A stretch of DNA of 64,000 nucleotides. Source: Tubiluchus corallicola (taxonomy: Eukaryota > Animalia > Priapulida). This document shows, in pieces, positions 1-11,568 of this stretch. The first letter of the stretch is position 1, and each line of letters opens with the position of its first letter. A program made the translations under genes and the position numbers. The notes under the pieces are model-generated. The model saw nothing but the letters and a program-made list of their open reading frames with translations. It did no database searches and was not told the DNA's origin. The stretch lies in assembly GCA_030141605.1 (NCBI GenBank), contig JAQGDQ010000356.1, forward strand, positions 172,346-236,345, in the 5' to 3' direction.

Positions 1-264
1 CAGTCGAAACTCAAGTTATCATTTCTGCATAATTTTGCCGCGGATCAGCAGTTTTTCTGAAACATCACGTTCAACAAATGGCATTGGTTTATATTAATCT
101 GCTCTTAATCCCAGCTTTTATTATTGCAGATTGTGGAGATTACTGTTAATGTTAATCTACACAAGCAGTGTACAAATAAAAGACAATGATGGTGTCGTTG
201 CTAGTTTTAAGAAGTATCAAGTTACATCATATCCTGAGTTGTTATTACTGTGTGTCAAAGTAGA

Positions 265-860
265 TACTGTAAACTGTGTACAACTCGAATTCTTGCGTTT
301 CTCAAACAGATCTCGTGAAGCGGATTTTCCCTTTCATTTTTCTCTTTACCAAACATCCAAATCTGTAACTCAAACCGAATTCCCGGTACAATTTACAAGA
401 ATCTACCTGAAATTACCCCGCCTATCTGGAACAACTGCCCAAGCAAGAAATCTTACACAAAAGTGTGCACCACTTTACGATTTTAACTGCTAGTTTCAAC
501 AAAAATGCTAAGGTTTCTTGTATCACCTTAGCAGAACGCTGCACACAACATGGCTTAACGAACGTAGTTTAATATAGATCACAATACTATTATTGCCGAA
601 TTCTATCAACCTAGTTACAGACTACAATAGAGGTGGATCAGTCATTTTACTTTTGATTATTCATAAGAATTGTTGTTTGATATTTGATTAAAAGCTCTCA
701 GTTTGTCTTTTTCACAGGCTGTAGTGTTACTAGTGTATTGTTCCATGTTGATGAGTGACTCAGTCTTGTTTTCTTACAAATATTGTCTAACTAGTACCCT
801 CGCATAACTCAAACAAATTTTCCAGTTCCGAGGTGTTCGAATCAGACGTAGTTTACTGTA
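265..860. mobile_element. Degenerate TA-flanked Tc1/mariner(pogo)-like MITE
   Basis: Imperfect inverted ends: tactgtaaactgtgtacaactcgaa versus reverse complement tacagtaaactacgtctgattcgaa. Confidence 0.45.
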
Positions 861-934
861 ATAATCGTAATGTGAAAAAGTCATTAGTCTAACTGAGAAA
901 CAAAAGCAGCTTTTCTTGCAGTAAACGTACACAC

Positions 935-1117
935 CTGGTTTTCAGCAAGCCACAATGCTTTTAGATTGAGAGCAGTGATGGACATTGGCAAATACTGCAG
1001 TCTATTGCCAGACACGTCTAAAACGTGAAGTTCGCTGAGTTCACCAAGCTTCTGCGGAAGGTATCGTAGTCGATTATCACGTAATGAAAGCACGCCGAGC
1101 TTCTCACACATGCCAAC
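935..1117 (-). CDS. scrib: Scribble-like LRR/LAPSD exon (183 nt) VGMCEKLGVLSLRDNRL...LNLKALWLAENQ
   Basis: Acceptor atgattgtag|GTT, donor CCAG|gtgtgt; overlaps ORF 884..1111; LKALWLAENQ is characteristic of the LAP family. Confidence 0.95.
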
Positions 1118-1420
1118 CTACAATCATGTAAACGTGTTTTATCTTTCAATGTTCATATTGACAGTATTCATAATTTACTAAATATATAATATATGAAACC
1201 CTACAATCACGTAAACATGTTTTATCTGTTATTCTTCATATTGACAGCATTCATAATTTACTAAATATATGAGACCCTACGATCATGTAAATGTGTTTTA
1301 TCTATTAATCTTCATATTGACAGTACTCATAATTTACTAAATATATCAGACCTACAATCGTGTAAACGTGTTTTATCTGTTAATTTTCATATCGACAGTA
1401 TTCATAATTTACTAAATATC
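1115..1420. repeat. Tandem repeat, ~75-83 bp x4, containing the exon acceptor site
   Basis: Unit cctacaatcatgtaaacgtgttttatct...cagtattcataatttactaaatat recurs at ~1117, 1200, 1276, 1351. Confidence 0.9.
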
Positions 1421-1794
1421 TGACACTATACTGTAGTACGTCTTTTAGTACTTCGGCACGTCATAAGTCAAAATTTAGCACTCAAAGACCTACAGCACTT
1501 GTTCTCGTTTGTGGGAAGACCAGAACCTTGTTCGTTATCGAGGCTAAAACTTTCAGATAAGCCACCGAACCAGCAGAGGTGTCAATTATTTCTGGATGCA
1601 AATTTCTACCATACTGAAGGTACAATACTGCACCGAATTATTTCTGAAGCACACTGCGTGACCACATGGCTGTTGACCGCTTATTGCATGAAAGAGCACC
1701 GTTAATACGTTTACAGAGAAGTGATACCAGCAGTAGAAATAACAGAGCAATAAAAACAAGAGAACAATTTCCACTGCAGAAAAAACACACTTGC

Positions 1795-1878
1795 CTCCGG
1801 AGGAAGCTCGCCGAGTCGATTTCGATCAACGTTTAAATTCGTCAAGCAAGATAAACTGCCCAGTGTTTTCGGAAGTTC
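1795..1878 (-). CDS. scrib: Scribble-like LRR exon (84 nt) ELPKTLGSLSCLTNLNVDRNRLGELPPE, GC donor
   Basis: Acceptor ccttttttacag|GAA, donor GGAG|gcaagt; LTNLNVDRN motif; frame into the next exon requires the GC donor. Confidence 0.92.
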
Positions 1879-2059
1879 CTGTAAAAAAGGGAAAGCATGG
1901 GAAGAGCAAATTCAATAATTTAAAGTGCTTTTATATTCTATAGTAACACAGATGAGCGCAATTTACACGCAGAAGCGAAAAACAGGGTCACAACGTTCAT
2001 TTGCAATTAGTATTAAAATATAAGAAAACATACATATACATAAAATATACATAGTATAG

Positions 2060-3446
2060 AGAAAATATAAGCAAATTTAAACTGAAAATGCAAAACAGAA
2101 AATATAAGCAAATTTAAACGGAAAATGCAAAACAGGAAATATAAGCAAATTTAAACTGAAAACGCAAAACAGAAAATAGAAGCAAATTTAAACTGAAAAT
2201 GCAAAAACAGAAAATATAAGCAAATTTAAACTGAAAATGCAAAAACAGAAAATATAAGCAAATTTAAACTGAAAATGCAAAAACAGAAAATACAAGCAAA
2301 TTTAAACTGAAAATGTAAAAACAGAAAATATAAGCAAATTTAAACTGAAAATGCAAAACAGAAAATAGAAGCAAATTTAAACTGAAAATGCAAAAACAGA
2401 AAATATAAGCAAATTTAAACTGAAAATGCAAAACAGAAAATAGAAGCAAATTTAAACTGAAAACGTAAAAACAGAAAATATAAGCAAATTTAAACTGAAA
2501 ACGCAAAACAGAAAATAGAAGCAAATTTAAACTGAAAATGCAAAACAGAAAATAGAAGCAAATTTAAACTGAAAATGCAAAACAGAAAATATAAGCAAAT
2601 TTAAACTGAAAACGCAAAAACAGAAAATATAAGCAAATTTAAACTGAAAACGCAAAAACAGAAAATATAAGCAAATTTAAACTGAAAACGCAAAAACAGA
2701 AAATAGAAGCAAATTTAAACTGAAAATGCAAAACAGAAAATATAAGCAAATTTAAACTGAAAACGCAAAAACAGAAAATATAAGCAAATTTAAACTGAAA
2801 ATGCAAAACAGAAAATAGAAGCAAATTTAAACTGAAAACGCAAAAACAGAAAATATAAGCAAATTTAAACTGAAAATGCAAAACAGAAAATAGAAGCAAA
2901 TTTAAACTGAAAACGCAAAAACAGAAAATATAAGCAAATTTAAACTGAAAACGCAAAACAGAAAATAGAAGCAAATTTAAACTGAAAACGCAAAACAGAA
3001 AATAGAAGCAAATTTAAACTGAAAACGCAAAACAGAAAATAGAAGCAAATTTAAACTGAAAATGCAAAAACAGAAAATATAAGCAAATTTAAACTGAAAA
3101 TGCAAAACAGAAAATAGAAGCAAATTTAAACTGAAAACGCAAAAACAGAAAATATAAGCAAATTTAAACTGAAAATGCAAAACAGAAAATAGAAGCAAAT
3201 TTAAACTGGAAACGCAAAAACAGAAAATATAAGCAAATTTAAACTGAAAACGCAAAACAGAAAATAGAAGCAAATTTAAACTGAAAATGCAAAACAGAAA
3301 ATAGAAGCAAATTTAAACTGAAAACGCAAAAACAGAAAATATAAGCAAATTTAAACTGAAAACGCAAAACAGAAAATAGAAGCAAATTTAAACTGAAAAT
3401 GCAAAACAGAAAATAGAAGCAAATTTAAACTGAAAACGCAAAACAG
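2060..3446. repeat. Minisatellite, 37-38 bp unit, ~37 copies
   Basis: Unit gaaaatataagcaaatttaaactgaaaatgcaaaaca. Confidence 0.97.
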
Positions 3447-3588
3447 CACTTAACATAATCCCTACAATTCAGGTGTGAACCAACCAAAGAACTCAAAATG
3501 TGTTCTATTCTGTTTTACTAATTATTTTAAGTAGAATAAAGAAAAAATTTAAAAACGGATTAATGCCGATGATGACGTAATCACTTAC

Positions 3589-3634
3589 CACTAATAGATT
3601 CTCTGTCAGTATGAGTTCTTGCAAAGATTCACAC
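3589..3634 (-). CDS. scrib: Scribble-like LRR mini-exon (46 nt) CESLQELILTENLLV
   Basis: Acceptor gatttttaag|GTG, donor AGTG|gtaagt; ELILTENLL motif; phases fit both neighbours. Confidence 0.93.
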
Positions 3635-3930
3635 CTTAAAAATCAACAAAATAGAGCATTAATAACAAAATCCACAATTTCACTGGTTTACTGCTATTAG
3701 AAATGCGTTACAAAGTAACTCATCCTTTGGTAACATTCATTTTGCTATGTAGCAAAACTTCTCCACAAATATAGCACGCTAAAAAACAGAAAATGTAAAA
3801 CAGAAGATCAAGAATGAAAGGTGCATTTATTCATTACCAATAACTGCCTGCACTGTGTGTGTGACAATATGAATAACTAAGCCTTGCCATCCTTGAATAG
3901 ACAAGAAAAAGACATAATACGTCCATAACA

Positions 3931-4275
3931 AGTCTTTTCGCAGTTTTGTTGTGCGCATGCGCAGCTACTGTAGGTCAAAGGTTAAGTGTACCACAGCAAA
4001 GCGTCTTAACTATAATCGTCACGTGGGTAAAAAAACCCGTCTGCCGAATCAGTTCAGTAACATCAGTTGTTTTATGTGGACTTTACTTAATTATGCATCA
4101 GTGTATGTGTAAAGTGATTTACTAGCAAGATCTTGCCTGGGAACAAGAAAAATGAACTTGGTGTAAGGTTCTAGCTAGCTGTTAAAACTGTTACTATTAA
4201 AAAGCGTAGCCTGCGAGGAGTTGTCAAATGTAAACAAATGCTTGTGACGTACTGCACACCTTCGACAGCTGTATT
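3931..4275 (+). mobile_element. PIF/Harbinger-like MITE family B, degenerate copy
   Basis: Colinear with 7262-7646 (gtgcgcatgcgcag...aggtcaaaggttaagtgtaccacagc...ttctagctagct). Confidence 0.7.
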
Positions 4276-4904
4276 GCAGCAAAAAAATTGAATTTGCATC
4301 TTAAAACTTGACAAATTTTAGTACAACACTAAATCTCACACAGTAGCATTGTGCTTCAATTTTCACTTTCACAAACACGTGCAACGCGCTCATGGAATCT
4401 TTTTGATGTTGAAAATTATGTTGGTTTGTGATGTCATCAATAGTTGGACTCGCCCACGGTTAATTTAGTTTTTAATCCATTATTTAATTATCAGAAATGC
4501 TTTTGCAGTATTATTGGTGTTAAAATGTATATTTTTTAACGGACTTGAAAATGCGGTAGTATATGAAAAATCATCATGTCTTCCCTTCAGCAACCGCACA
4601 CGACAAATGATCAATGACAATTTCAAATTAATTTCAAATTTGTGCAGAAAACTTCGGGGTCTGTTACTTCACGACTATAACACTGAGCATTTCTCTATCC
4701 GTTGCAAATCGAAGCATAATTCACGACAGCCGTTCAGTGCACTTACTAGAAAGCTGGATTTGCCTGGCAGTTTCCTAATCAATAAAATGTAAATCTAAAT
4801 TTGTGTGTCAGCTGGGGGCTAATAGAAAGAATACCCCATGTTTCACCTCGAGTGAGGACGTTTCTCCTGCATGAATAAATATGTACATATGTATGCAGCA
4901 AGAG

Positions 4905-6805
4905 CATGTATGTTGGTAGGAGCAGCAAAATCATGTATGTTGATAGAAGCAGGAAGGTCATGTATGTTGGTAGGAGCAGCAAGATCATGTATGTTGGTAG
5001 AAGCAGGAAGGTCATGTATGTTGGTAGGAGCAGCAAGATCATGTATGTTGGTAGAAGCAGGAAGGTCATGTATGTTGGTAGGAGCAGCAAGATCATGTAT
5101 GTTGGTAGGAGCAGCAAGATCATGTATGTTGGTAGGAGCAGCAAAATCATGTATGTTGGTAGGAGCAGCAAGATCATGTATGTTGGTAGAAGCAGGAAGG
5201 TCATGTATGTTGGTAGGAGCAGCAAGATCATGTATGTTGGTAGGAGCAGCAAGGTCATGCATGTTGGTAGGAGCAGCAAGGTCATGTATGTTGGCAGGAG
5301 CAGCAAGGTCATGTATGTTGGTAGGAGCAGCAAGATCATGTATGTTGGTAGGAGCAGCAAGGTCATGTATGTTGGCAGGAGCAGCAAGATCATGTATGTT
5401 GGTAGGAGCAGCAAGGTCATGTATGTTGGCAGGAGCAGCAAGGTCATGTATGTTGGCAGGAGCAGCAAGGTGATGTATGTTGGTGAAAAGAAGCAAGATC
5501 ATGTATGTTGGTGAAAAGAGCAAGATCATGTATGTTGGTGAAAAGAGCAAGATCGTGTATGTTGGTGAAAAGAGCAAGATCATGTATGTTGGTGAAAAGA
5601 GCAAGATCATGTATGTTGATGAAAAGAGCAAGATCGTGTATGTTGGTGAAAAGAGCAAGATCATGTATGCTGGTGAAAAGAGCAAGATCATGTATGTTGG
5701 TGAAAAGAGCAAGATCGTGTATGTTGTTGAAAAGAGAAGATCATGTATGTTGGTGAAAAGAGCAAGATCATGTATGTTGGTGAAAAGAGCAAGATCATGT
5801 ATGCTGGTGAAAAGAGCAAGATCATGTATGTTGGTGAAAAGAGCAAGATCGTGTATGCTGGTGAAAAGAGCAAGATCATGTATGTTGGTGAAAAGAGCAA
5901 GATCATGTATGTTGATGAAAAGAGCAAGATCGTGTATGTTGGTGAAAAGAGAAGATCATGTATGTTGATGAAAAGAGAAGATCGTGTATGTTGGTGAAAA
6001 GAGCAAGATCATGTATGTTGATGAAAAGAGCAAGATCGTGTATGTTGGTGAAAAGAGCAAGATCGTGTATGTTGTTGAAAAGAGAAGATCATGTATGTTG
6101 GTGAAAAGAGCAAGATCATATTTGTTGGTGAAAAGAGCAAGATCATGTATGCTGGTGAAAAGAGCAAGATCATGTATGTTGGTGAAAAGAGCAAGATCGT
6201 GTAGGCTGGTGAAAAGAGCAAGATCATGTATGTTGGTGAAAAGAGCAAGATCATGTATGTTGATGAAAAGAGCAAGATCGTGTATGTTGGTGAAAAGAGA
6301 AGATCATGTATGTTGATGAAAAGAGAAGATCATGTATGTTGGTGAAAAGAGCAAGATCATGTATGTTGATGAAAAGAGCAAGATCGTGTATGTTGGTGAA
6401 AAGAGAAGATCATGTATGTTGATGAAAAGAGAAGATCATGTATGTTGGTGAAAAGAGCAAGATCATGTATGTTGGTGAAAAGAGCAAGATCATGTATGTT
6501 GATGAAAAGAGCAAGATCGTGTATGTTGGTGAAAAGAGAAGATCATGTATGTTGATAAAAAGAGCAAGATCATGTATGTTGGTGAAAAGAGCAAGATCAT
6601 GTATGTTGGTGAAAAGAGCAAGATCATGTATGTTGATGAAAAGAGAAGATCATGCATGTTGGTGAAAAGAGCAAGATCATGTATGTTGGTGAAAAGAGCA
6701 AGATCATGTATGTTGGTGAAAAGAGCAAGATCGTGTATGTTGGTGAAAAGAGAAGATCATGTATGTTGGTGAAAAGAGAAGATCATGTATGTTGACGAAA
6801 AGAGC
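4905..6805. repeat. Compound 27-bp minisatellite, two variants switching at ~5480, ~70 copies
   Basis: catgtatgttggtaggagcagcaagat, then catgtatgttggtgaaaagagcaagat. Confidence 0.97.
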
Positions 6806-7115
6806 AGGAAAACGATGCATTCATGATTCATTTAGGTTAAAGAACCTTTTTGCTATTCTATGAACAATGAGAATGTAAATCACACATAAGCATGTAGATA
6901 ATGGCAGAATTCTAGCTAGTGAACTAAAAATAGTCATTTACAAAAGATAAGCTTCTTGCTCGTGCAGCTAATCATTTTGCTAATATAACATTTAGGAAGA
7001 ATGAAAACTGTATTAGCCAATGTGATGACCATGGGAATACTTCGCTTGTGCAAAACCAACAACTTAATAGTCTCTTTATCATACTCAATGTCGATGTCCA
7101 TAAAATCATACTTAC

Positions 7116-7188
7116 TGGCCAATATTCTCGTTCAATGCCATTAGCCTATTCTGATCCAGTTTTAGTATAGAAAGCTGCTTTAACATTC
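7116..7188 (-). CDS. scrib: Scribble-like LRR exon (73 nt) GMLKQLSILKLDQNRLMALNENIG(Q)
   Basis: Acceptor ttgctcttgcag|GA, donor GCCA|gtaagt; LKQLSILK.DQNRL motif. Confidence 0.94.
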
Positions 7189-7261
7189 CTGCAAGAGCAA
7201 AGCACTTCTAATTAAACTGACAAATAACATTAGACTTTAATGACTCAGTGTAATAAAATCA

Positions 7262-7646
7262 GCCTTTTCACACTTTCGTTGTGCGCACGCGCAGTTGCGG
7301 CAGGTCAAAGGTTAAGTGTACCACAGCAATGCGTCTTAACTACAACTGCCATGTGACATGTGGGTAAAGCAAAGCCGTCTGCTACAACAGTTCAGTCACT
7401 TCAGTTCTTTTATGTGGACCTAACTTAACTATGCATTAGTCTGTGCATAGAGTGATTTACTAGCAGGATCTTGCTTGGGAACAAGAAAAAATGAACTAGG
7501 TAAGATTCTAGCTAGCTTTTGAAACTGTTACTATTACAATAGCATGGATTGCGAGGTGTTGACAAGTGTACACAAATGCGTTGTCTGGTACACTTAACTT
7601 TTGACCCTTTTACGATCATCATCAATCACTGGAACTGTGAAAAAGC
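7262..7646 (+). mobile_element. PIF/Harbinger-like MITE family B, full-length copy
   Basis: TIRs gccttttcaca...tgtgaaaaagc with TWA-like flanks; inverted subterminal aggtcaaaggttaagtgtacc; five other copies in the window. Confidence 0.75.
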
Positions 7647-8147
7647 TTACTCACAAGTGCTTGTGACTACTGGCGGAGCCATAACAAAGTAATACAAAAC
7701 TTTACTTATTTATATTGCAAAGACAATTACAAACATAGCAATATAACAAACACACTATTTACAAAAATAACAAACTAGAAGCAAGGTAAACAAAAACAAA
7801 TCAGCGGGTTGCAGTTGAATAAATAAAACGAAATAACAACAAAACGATATTTCCGATCTCTAAAAGCAGTATTTTAAAACTACAACTTTACATTCTCCAT
7901 TTTTCCTTTGCACGGTTTGAGCTACCAATAAAAATGAAAAATTCGAAGCTCATTGTCCGCTGCATCACCCCAAAACCCGAGTAAAAATAACAGAAGAGGC
8001 TGCAGCTGACAAAACACTGTGAAACGTGTAATCTGATTAGACAGGTGAAGCCACAAAATTAAGTACATTTATTTTACATGAAGCCAGGCTCCTAAGTGAC
8101 AGTAATGTTATTATTATCACAGCAGAAGATGTAGTTGGATCTCTGCT

Positions 8148-8578
8148 GCATAAACACAACAATGAATTTTAGACAATGCATCTATTGTCCAATGGCATTC
8201 AACAGCCACCCAGCAGGAAGTTCTTACGTGACCTTCGTACGAATATGTGACATTTGAACAGTCACGCGACCTTGGAAACAATCACGTGACAGCATAAACA
8301 CAACAATGAATTTTAGACAATGCATCAATTGTCCAATAGCATTCAACAGCCACCCAGCAGAAAGTTCTTATGTGACCTTGGTACGAATATGTGACATTTG
8401 AACAGTCACGCGACCTTGGAAACAATCACGTGACTGCATAAACACAACAATGAATTTTAGACAATGCATCAATTGTCCAATAGCATTCAACAGCCACCCA
8501 GCAGGAAGTTCTTGCGTGACCTTGGTACGAATATGTGACATCTGAACAGTCACGCGACCTTGGAAACAATCACGTGAC
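8148..8578. repeat. Tandem repeat, 144 bp x3
   Basis: gcataaacacaacaatgaattttagacaatgcatc...ggaaacaatcacgtgac at ~8148, 8292, 8436. Confidence 0.92.
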
Positions 8579-8694
8579 TTTTGAACAATCAGTTGCATCA
8601 ATTTATTGTAATACAAACAAGTGAACTTGAATTTGTAAAATACAACTGTTTAAGCATAATCACGGTGTTATTGGCTCGTATGAGGCAAGAGGAA

Positions 8695-8950
8695 TAACCA
8701 TATAGTCATGACACATGCTTAGCAACCGAAGTTAAGCAACATCAAGGTTGGTCAGTAAATGAATGAGCGACCACTGAGTCTCAGTACTCACTCTGTACAG
8801 TTCAAATGTCATACTGTACTGGCTGTTTGTTTCGGTGAGAAAGAATACAAGTAAGACATCTATGCTGGTTCAGTAGCTCACGAAAGTTTCGATAAAGAGC
8901 CAGGTTACGGGCCTGCCACCACCGTCCAACATAAGTACGCCCCTACCACC
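8695..8950 (+). mobile_element. Degenerate 5S-derived SINE joined to a body shared with tRNA-SINEs
   Basis: accgaagttaagcaac...gtcagtaaatgaatgagcgacc resembles the 5S box A-C region; body atgctggttcagtagctc...gataaagagccagg is shared with 53831 and 60463. Confidence 0.55.
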
Positions 8951-9475
8951 AAATACGTGACTTTCAACTTCAGTGTACGAAAACGTACAAAAAGTCTAAC
9001 ATCACTGGTCTACAATAATTACTGTCTAAAGTTAAGCAACACTGTTCACTCTATGTAACTGTACAGGTGACCAATAGTAGGATCCACTTAATAAACTAAA
9101 ACAGTAGGCAGGGAAGAAAAGAAAATGCACTCTAGGATTTCATAAAACGAAGAAACACTGCCTCCTGGGACTAGCCGAATAATCAGAGAAACGTAAAACC
9201 TTTAGAGCTGAGCCTGCTGTATGAAATATACGAGCTAATCTGATCAGACGAATGTGACATCAAAGATCCTAAACAACAATCCCGCAGATCAATAGTAACA
9301 ATAAATGCCACCAGGGTGCATGCTAACGGTCGCTGGATTTTTGACGCCTTTGATTCTTGATTAATGAATGCATAATAAATAAGAGATTAAATGAGGCATT
9401 AAACACACGACCAGCTTTGGTGGAGTGTTGAATGTGAAGAAAGATTCAATTAACTGTATGCCAGTTACTGAAAAG

Positions 9476-10028
9476 TTAAAGGAAAAGTCAAGCATTCTAG
9501 GAGGTTAGGCTTATTTTAATGTTTGCAAAAAATGTCAGAAGGATTTAGTAATAAAACTGCAATATGCGCCTCGTGTAATTAGTAAAATCACTAAAGTTAC
9601 GATCACTTCATACTTGAGCGCTCCTATTCTCAATACCCAAACTCCCAGTGACGTCATTCGTCTTGAAAAAAAAAACAGCGCAGTGTCAGTCTTCATCAAA
9701 AGTACAATAAGTTTTTACAAAAAAATAGATAGTTAATTATGTTATATTCTTGCATGAACATTAGGTAAGCTGCAGAAGTTTGAATTAGTTTAAACATCAC
9801 GCACTCACGGAAAGCCACGATGCGCTTACGAAAAGTCACGAAGTCTCCCAGTTACTTCATAAATTTTAAGTGAATGGCAGCAACCACCACACCTGCAAAT
9901 TTCTATTCAGAGGTAGTACATTTTAAATTTATGCTTTATAGGCAGTTCTTTGCAAATTTCTTTATTACATTTTTCTAAGTTTAAGTGAAATAAACCCAAC
10001 ATACTGAGTGACTTGATCTATCCTTTAA
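9476..10028 (+). mobile_element. Kolobok-like non-autonomous element family A
   Basis: TTAA|AGGAAAAGTCAAG...gacttgatctatcct|TTAA; TTAA TSD with AG-starting TIRs; at least 5 more copies in the window. Confidence 0.8.
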
Positions 10029-10482
10029 AGATGCGATTCATTAGGGCAATCTATCTTCGAGGGAAAACGAAAATGGGTCCATTTGAGCTCGAGCTTACGT
10101 AAGAAATGACCATTTGACCTTCATTTAGAAACTTTAATAGGTTTCGAGTCCAGCGAAGCCAAAGTAATCTAACAAATCCTTTAGACTGGCAGAATGAGTG
10201 GAAATTTAATATGATGCTGCAGTCGGCTCTTCAAGGTATTGCAGATGATCATAACTCAATGCAGTAGCTTAAAAGTCATTGTCACTGTGTGTAGGAAGTA
10301 CACGTGATGCAAAGCCTGCAAATCAATACACACCGTAAAGTTCATCGAGAAAGAATAGGTCGTTTTTTGATGAAAAACTCTTGGACTATAAGCAGAGTAA
10401 TTAAGCTTCGAGCAAATGAGAAAATAGCTCTTCTTTAGAGACACATTGCTAGTGTACAAGTGCAGAAAATAAGCATCTTTAA
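10025..10482. mobile_element. Second Kolobok-like element sharing the TTAA with family A
   Basis: TTAA|AGATGC...GCATCT|TTAA; internal tagactggca motif also occurs in 28118-28680. Confidence 0.5.
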
Positions 10483-10604
10483 CCAAAAACTTAAGCAGAA
10501 TACCTAATGAACACATTCTCAATGGTTATTTCAAATTATCATTAGGCTCTGACGAAATGAAATGATATGCACAAAAATGCACGTCACACGGTTTGAAATA
10601 CAAT

Positions 10605-10965
10605 GAAATAGAACAGAATAAAATAGAATAGAACAGAACAGAACAGAATAAAATGCAACAGTACACAACAAAAAAGAAGAGAACAGACTAAAACAGAACA
10701 GAACAGAACAAAAAAACAGAACAGAATAACACAGAATAGAGTAGAATAGAATAGAATAGAATAGAATAGAATAGAATAGAATAGAATAGAATAGAATAGA
10801 ATAGAATAGAATAGAATAGAATAGAATAGAATAGAATAGAATAGAATAGAACAGAATATTACCAGAACAGAACAGAACAGAATCGAGAAGAACAGAGTAA
10901 AATAGAACAGAACAGAATAGAGCAGAATAAAACAAAAAAAGCAGAAGAGAGTAGAATAGAACAGA
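10605..10965. repeat. (ATAGA)n/(ACAGA)n microsatellite
   Basis: Pure atagaataga core ~10742-10850 with degenerate flanks. Confidence 0.95.
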
Positions 10966-11304
10966 ACACTGCCATACTTAGTTTTTTAAATGCAAAACAT
11001 GAAATAATGAGGCACTCTTGAAATTATTCTTGAATTTTTTCTGCATTTAACACTAACAGTTAATGATGAAAAAAATTCTTATTTTCCAAGAACCCCCCAT
11101 GCCTTTCCAAGATTGTGAATGGGTGTGGATTTTAAGTGGAGTTCAAACTCCACTTCCTGTTAATAAACTAGCACCTCTAACAGAAGCGTGCATGTTAAAA
11201 AAGATTTAAAAAAATGCACTAGATTTATGAGTTTTCGGTTTTGCAAGAAGAGATTAAAAACTAAAAATAACTTTCACTAGAATAGATAATAGTAAATGCA
11301 GTCA

Positions 11305-11457
<153 letters not shown>

Positions 11458-11568
11458 CTAAACAAAAATACAGAAATTTAAACAACGTTCATGATTAGTG
11501 AAAATGATTGTTTCTTTATATAATTTTTCAATGCAAAACTTTAAAATATACTAAATCATTGTTTGCTG

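Noticed and set aside
131-493. 120-aa ORF, and similar isolated short ORFs such as 49397..49726 and 62507..62815
   Set aside because: No recognisable domain; antisense within introns, and the first overlaps a MITE remnant.
1787-1794. GT donor at gcaa|gtgtgt instead of the GC donor
   Set aside because: It adds 4 nt and shifts the frame of the downstream conserved exon.
4779-6772. Long ORFs on both strands (MYVGRSSKI, LLLPTYMI repeats)
   Set aside because: They are translations of a 27-bp minisatellite open in several frames, with no splice or homology support.
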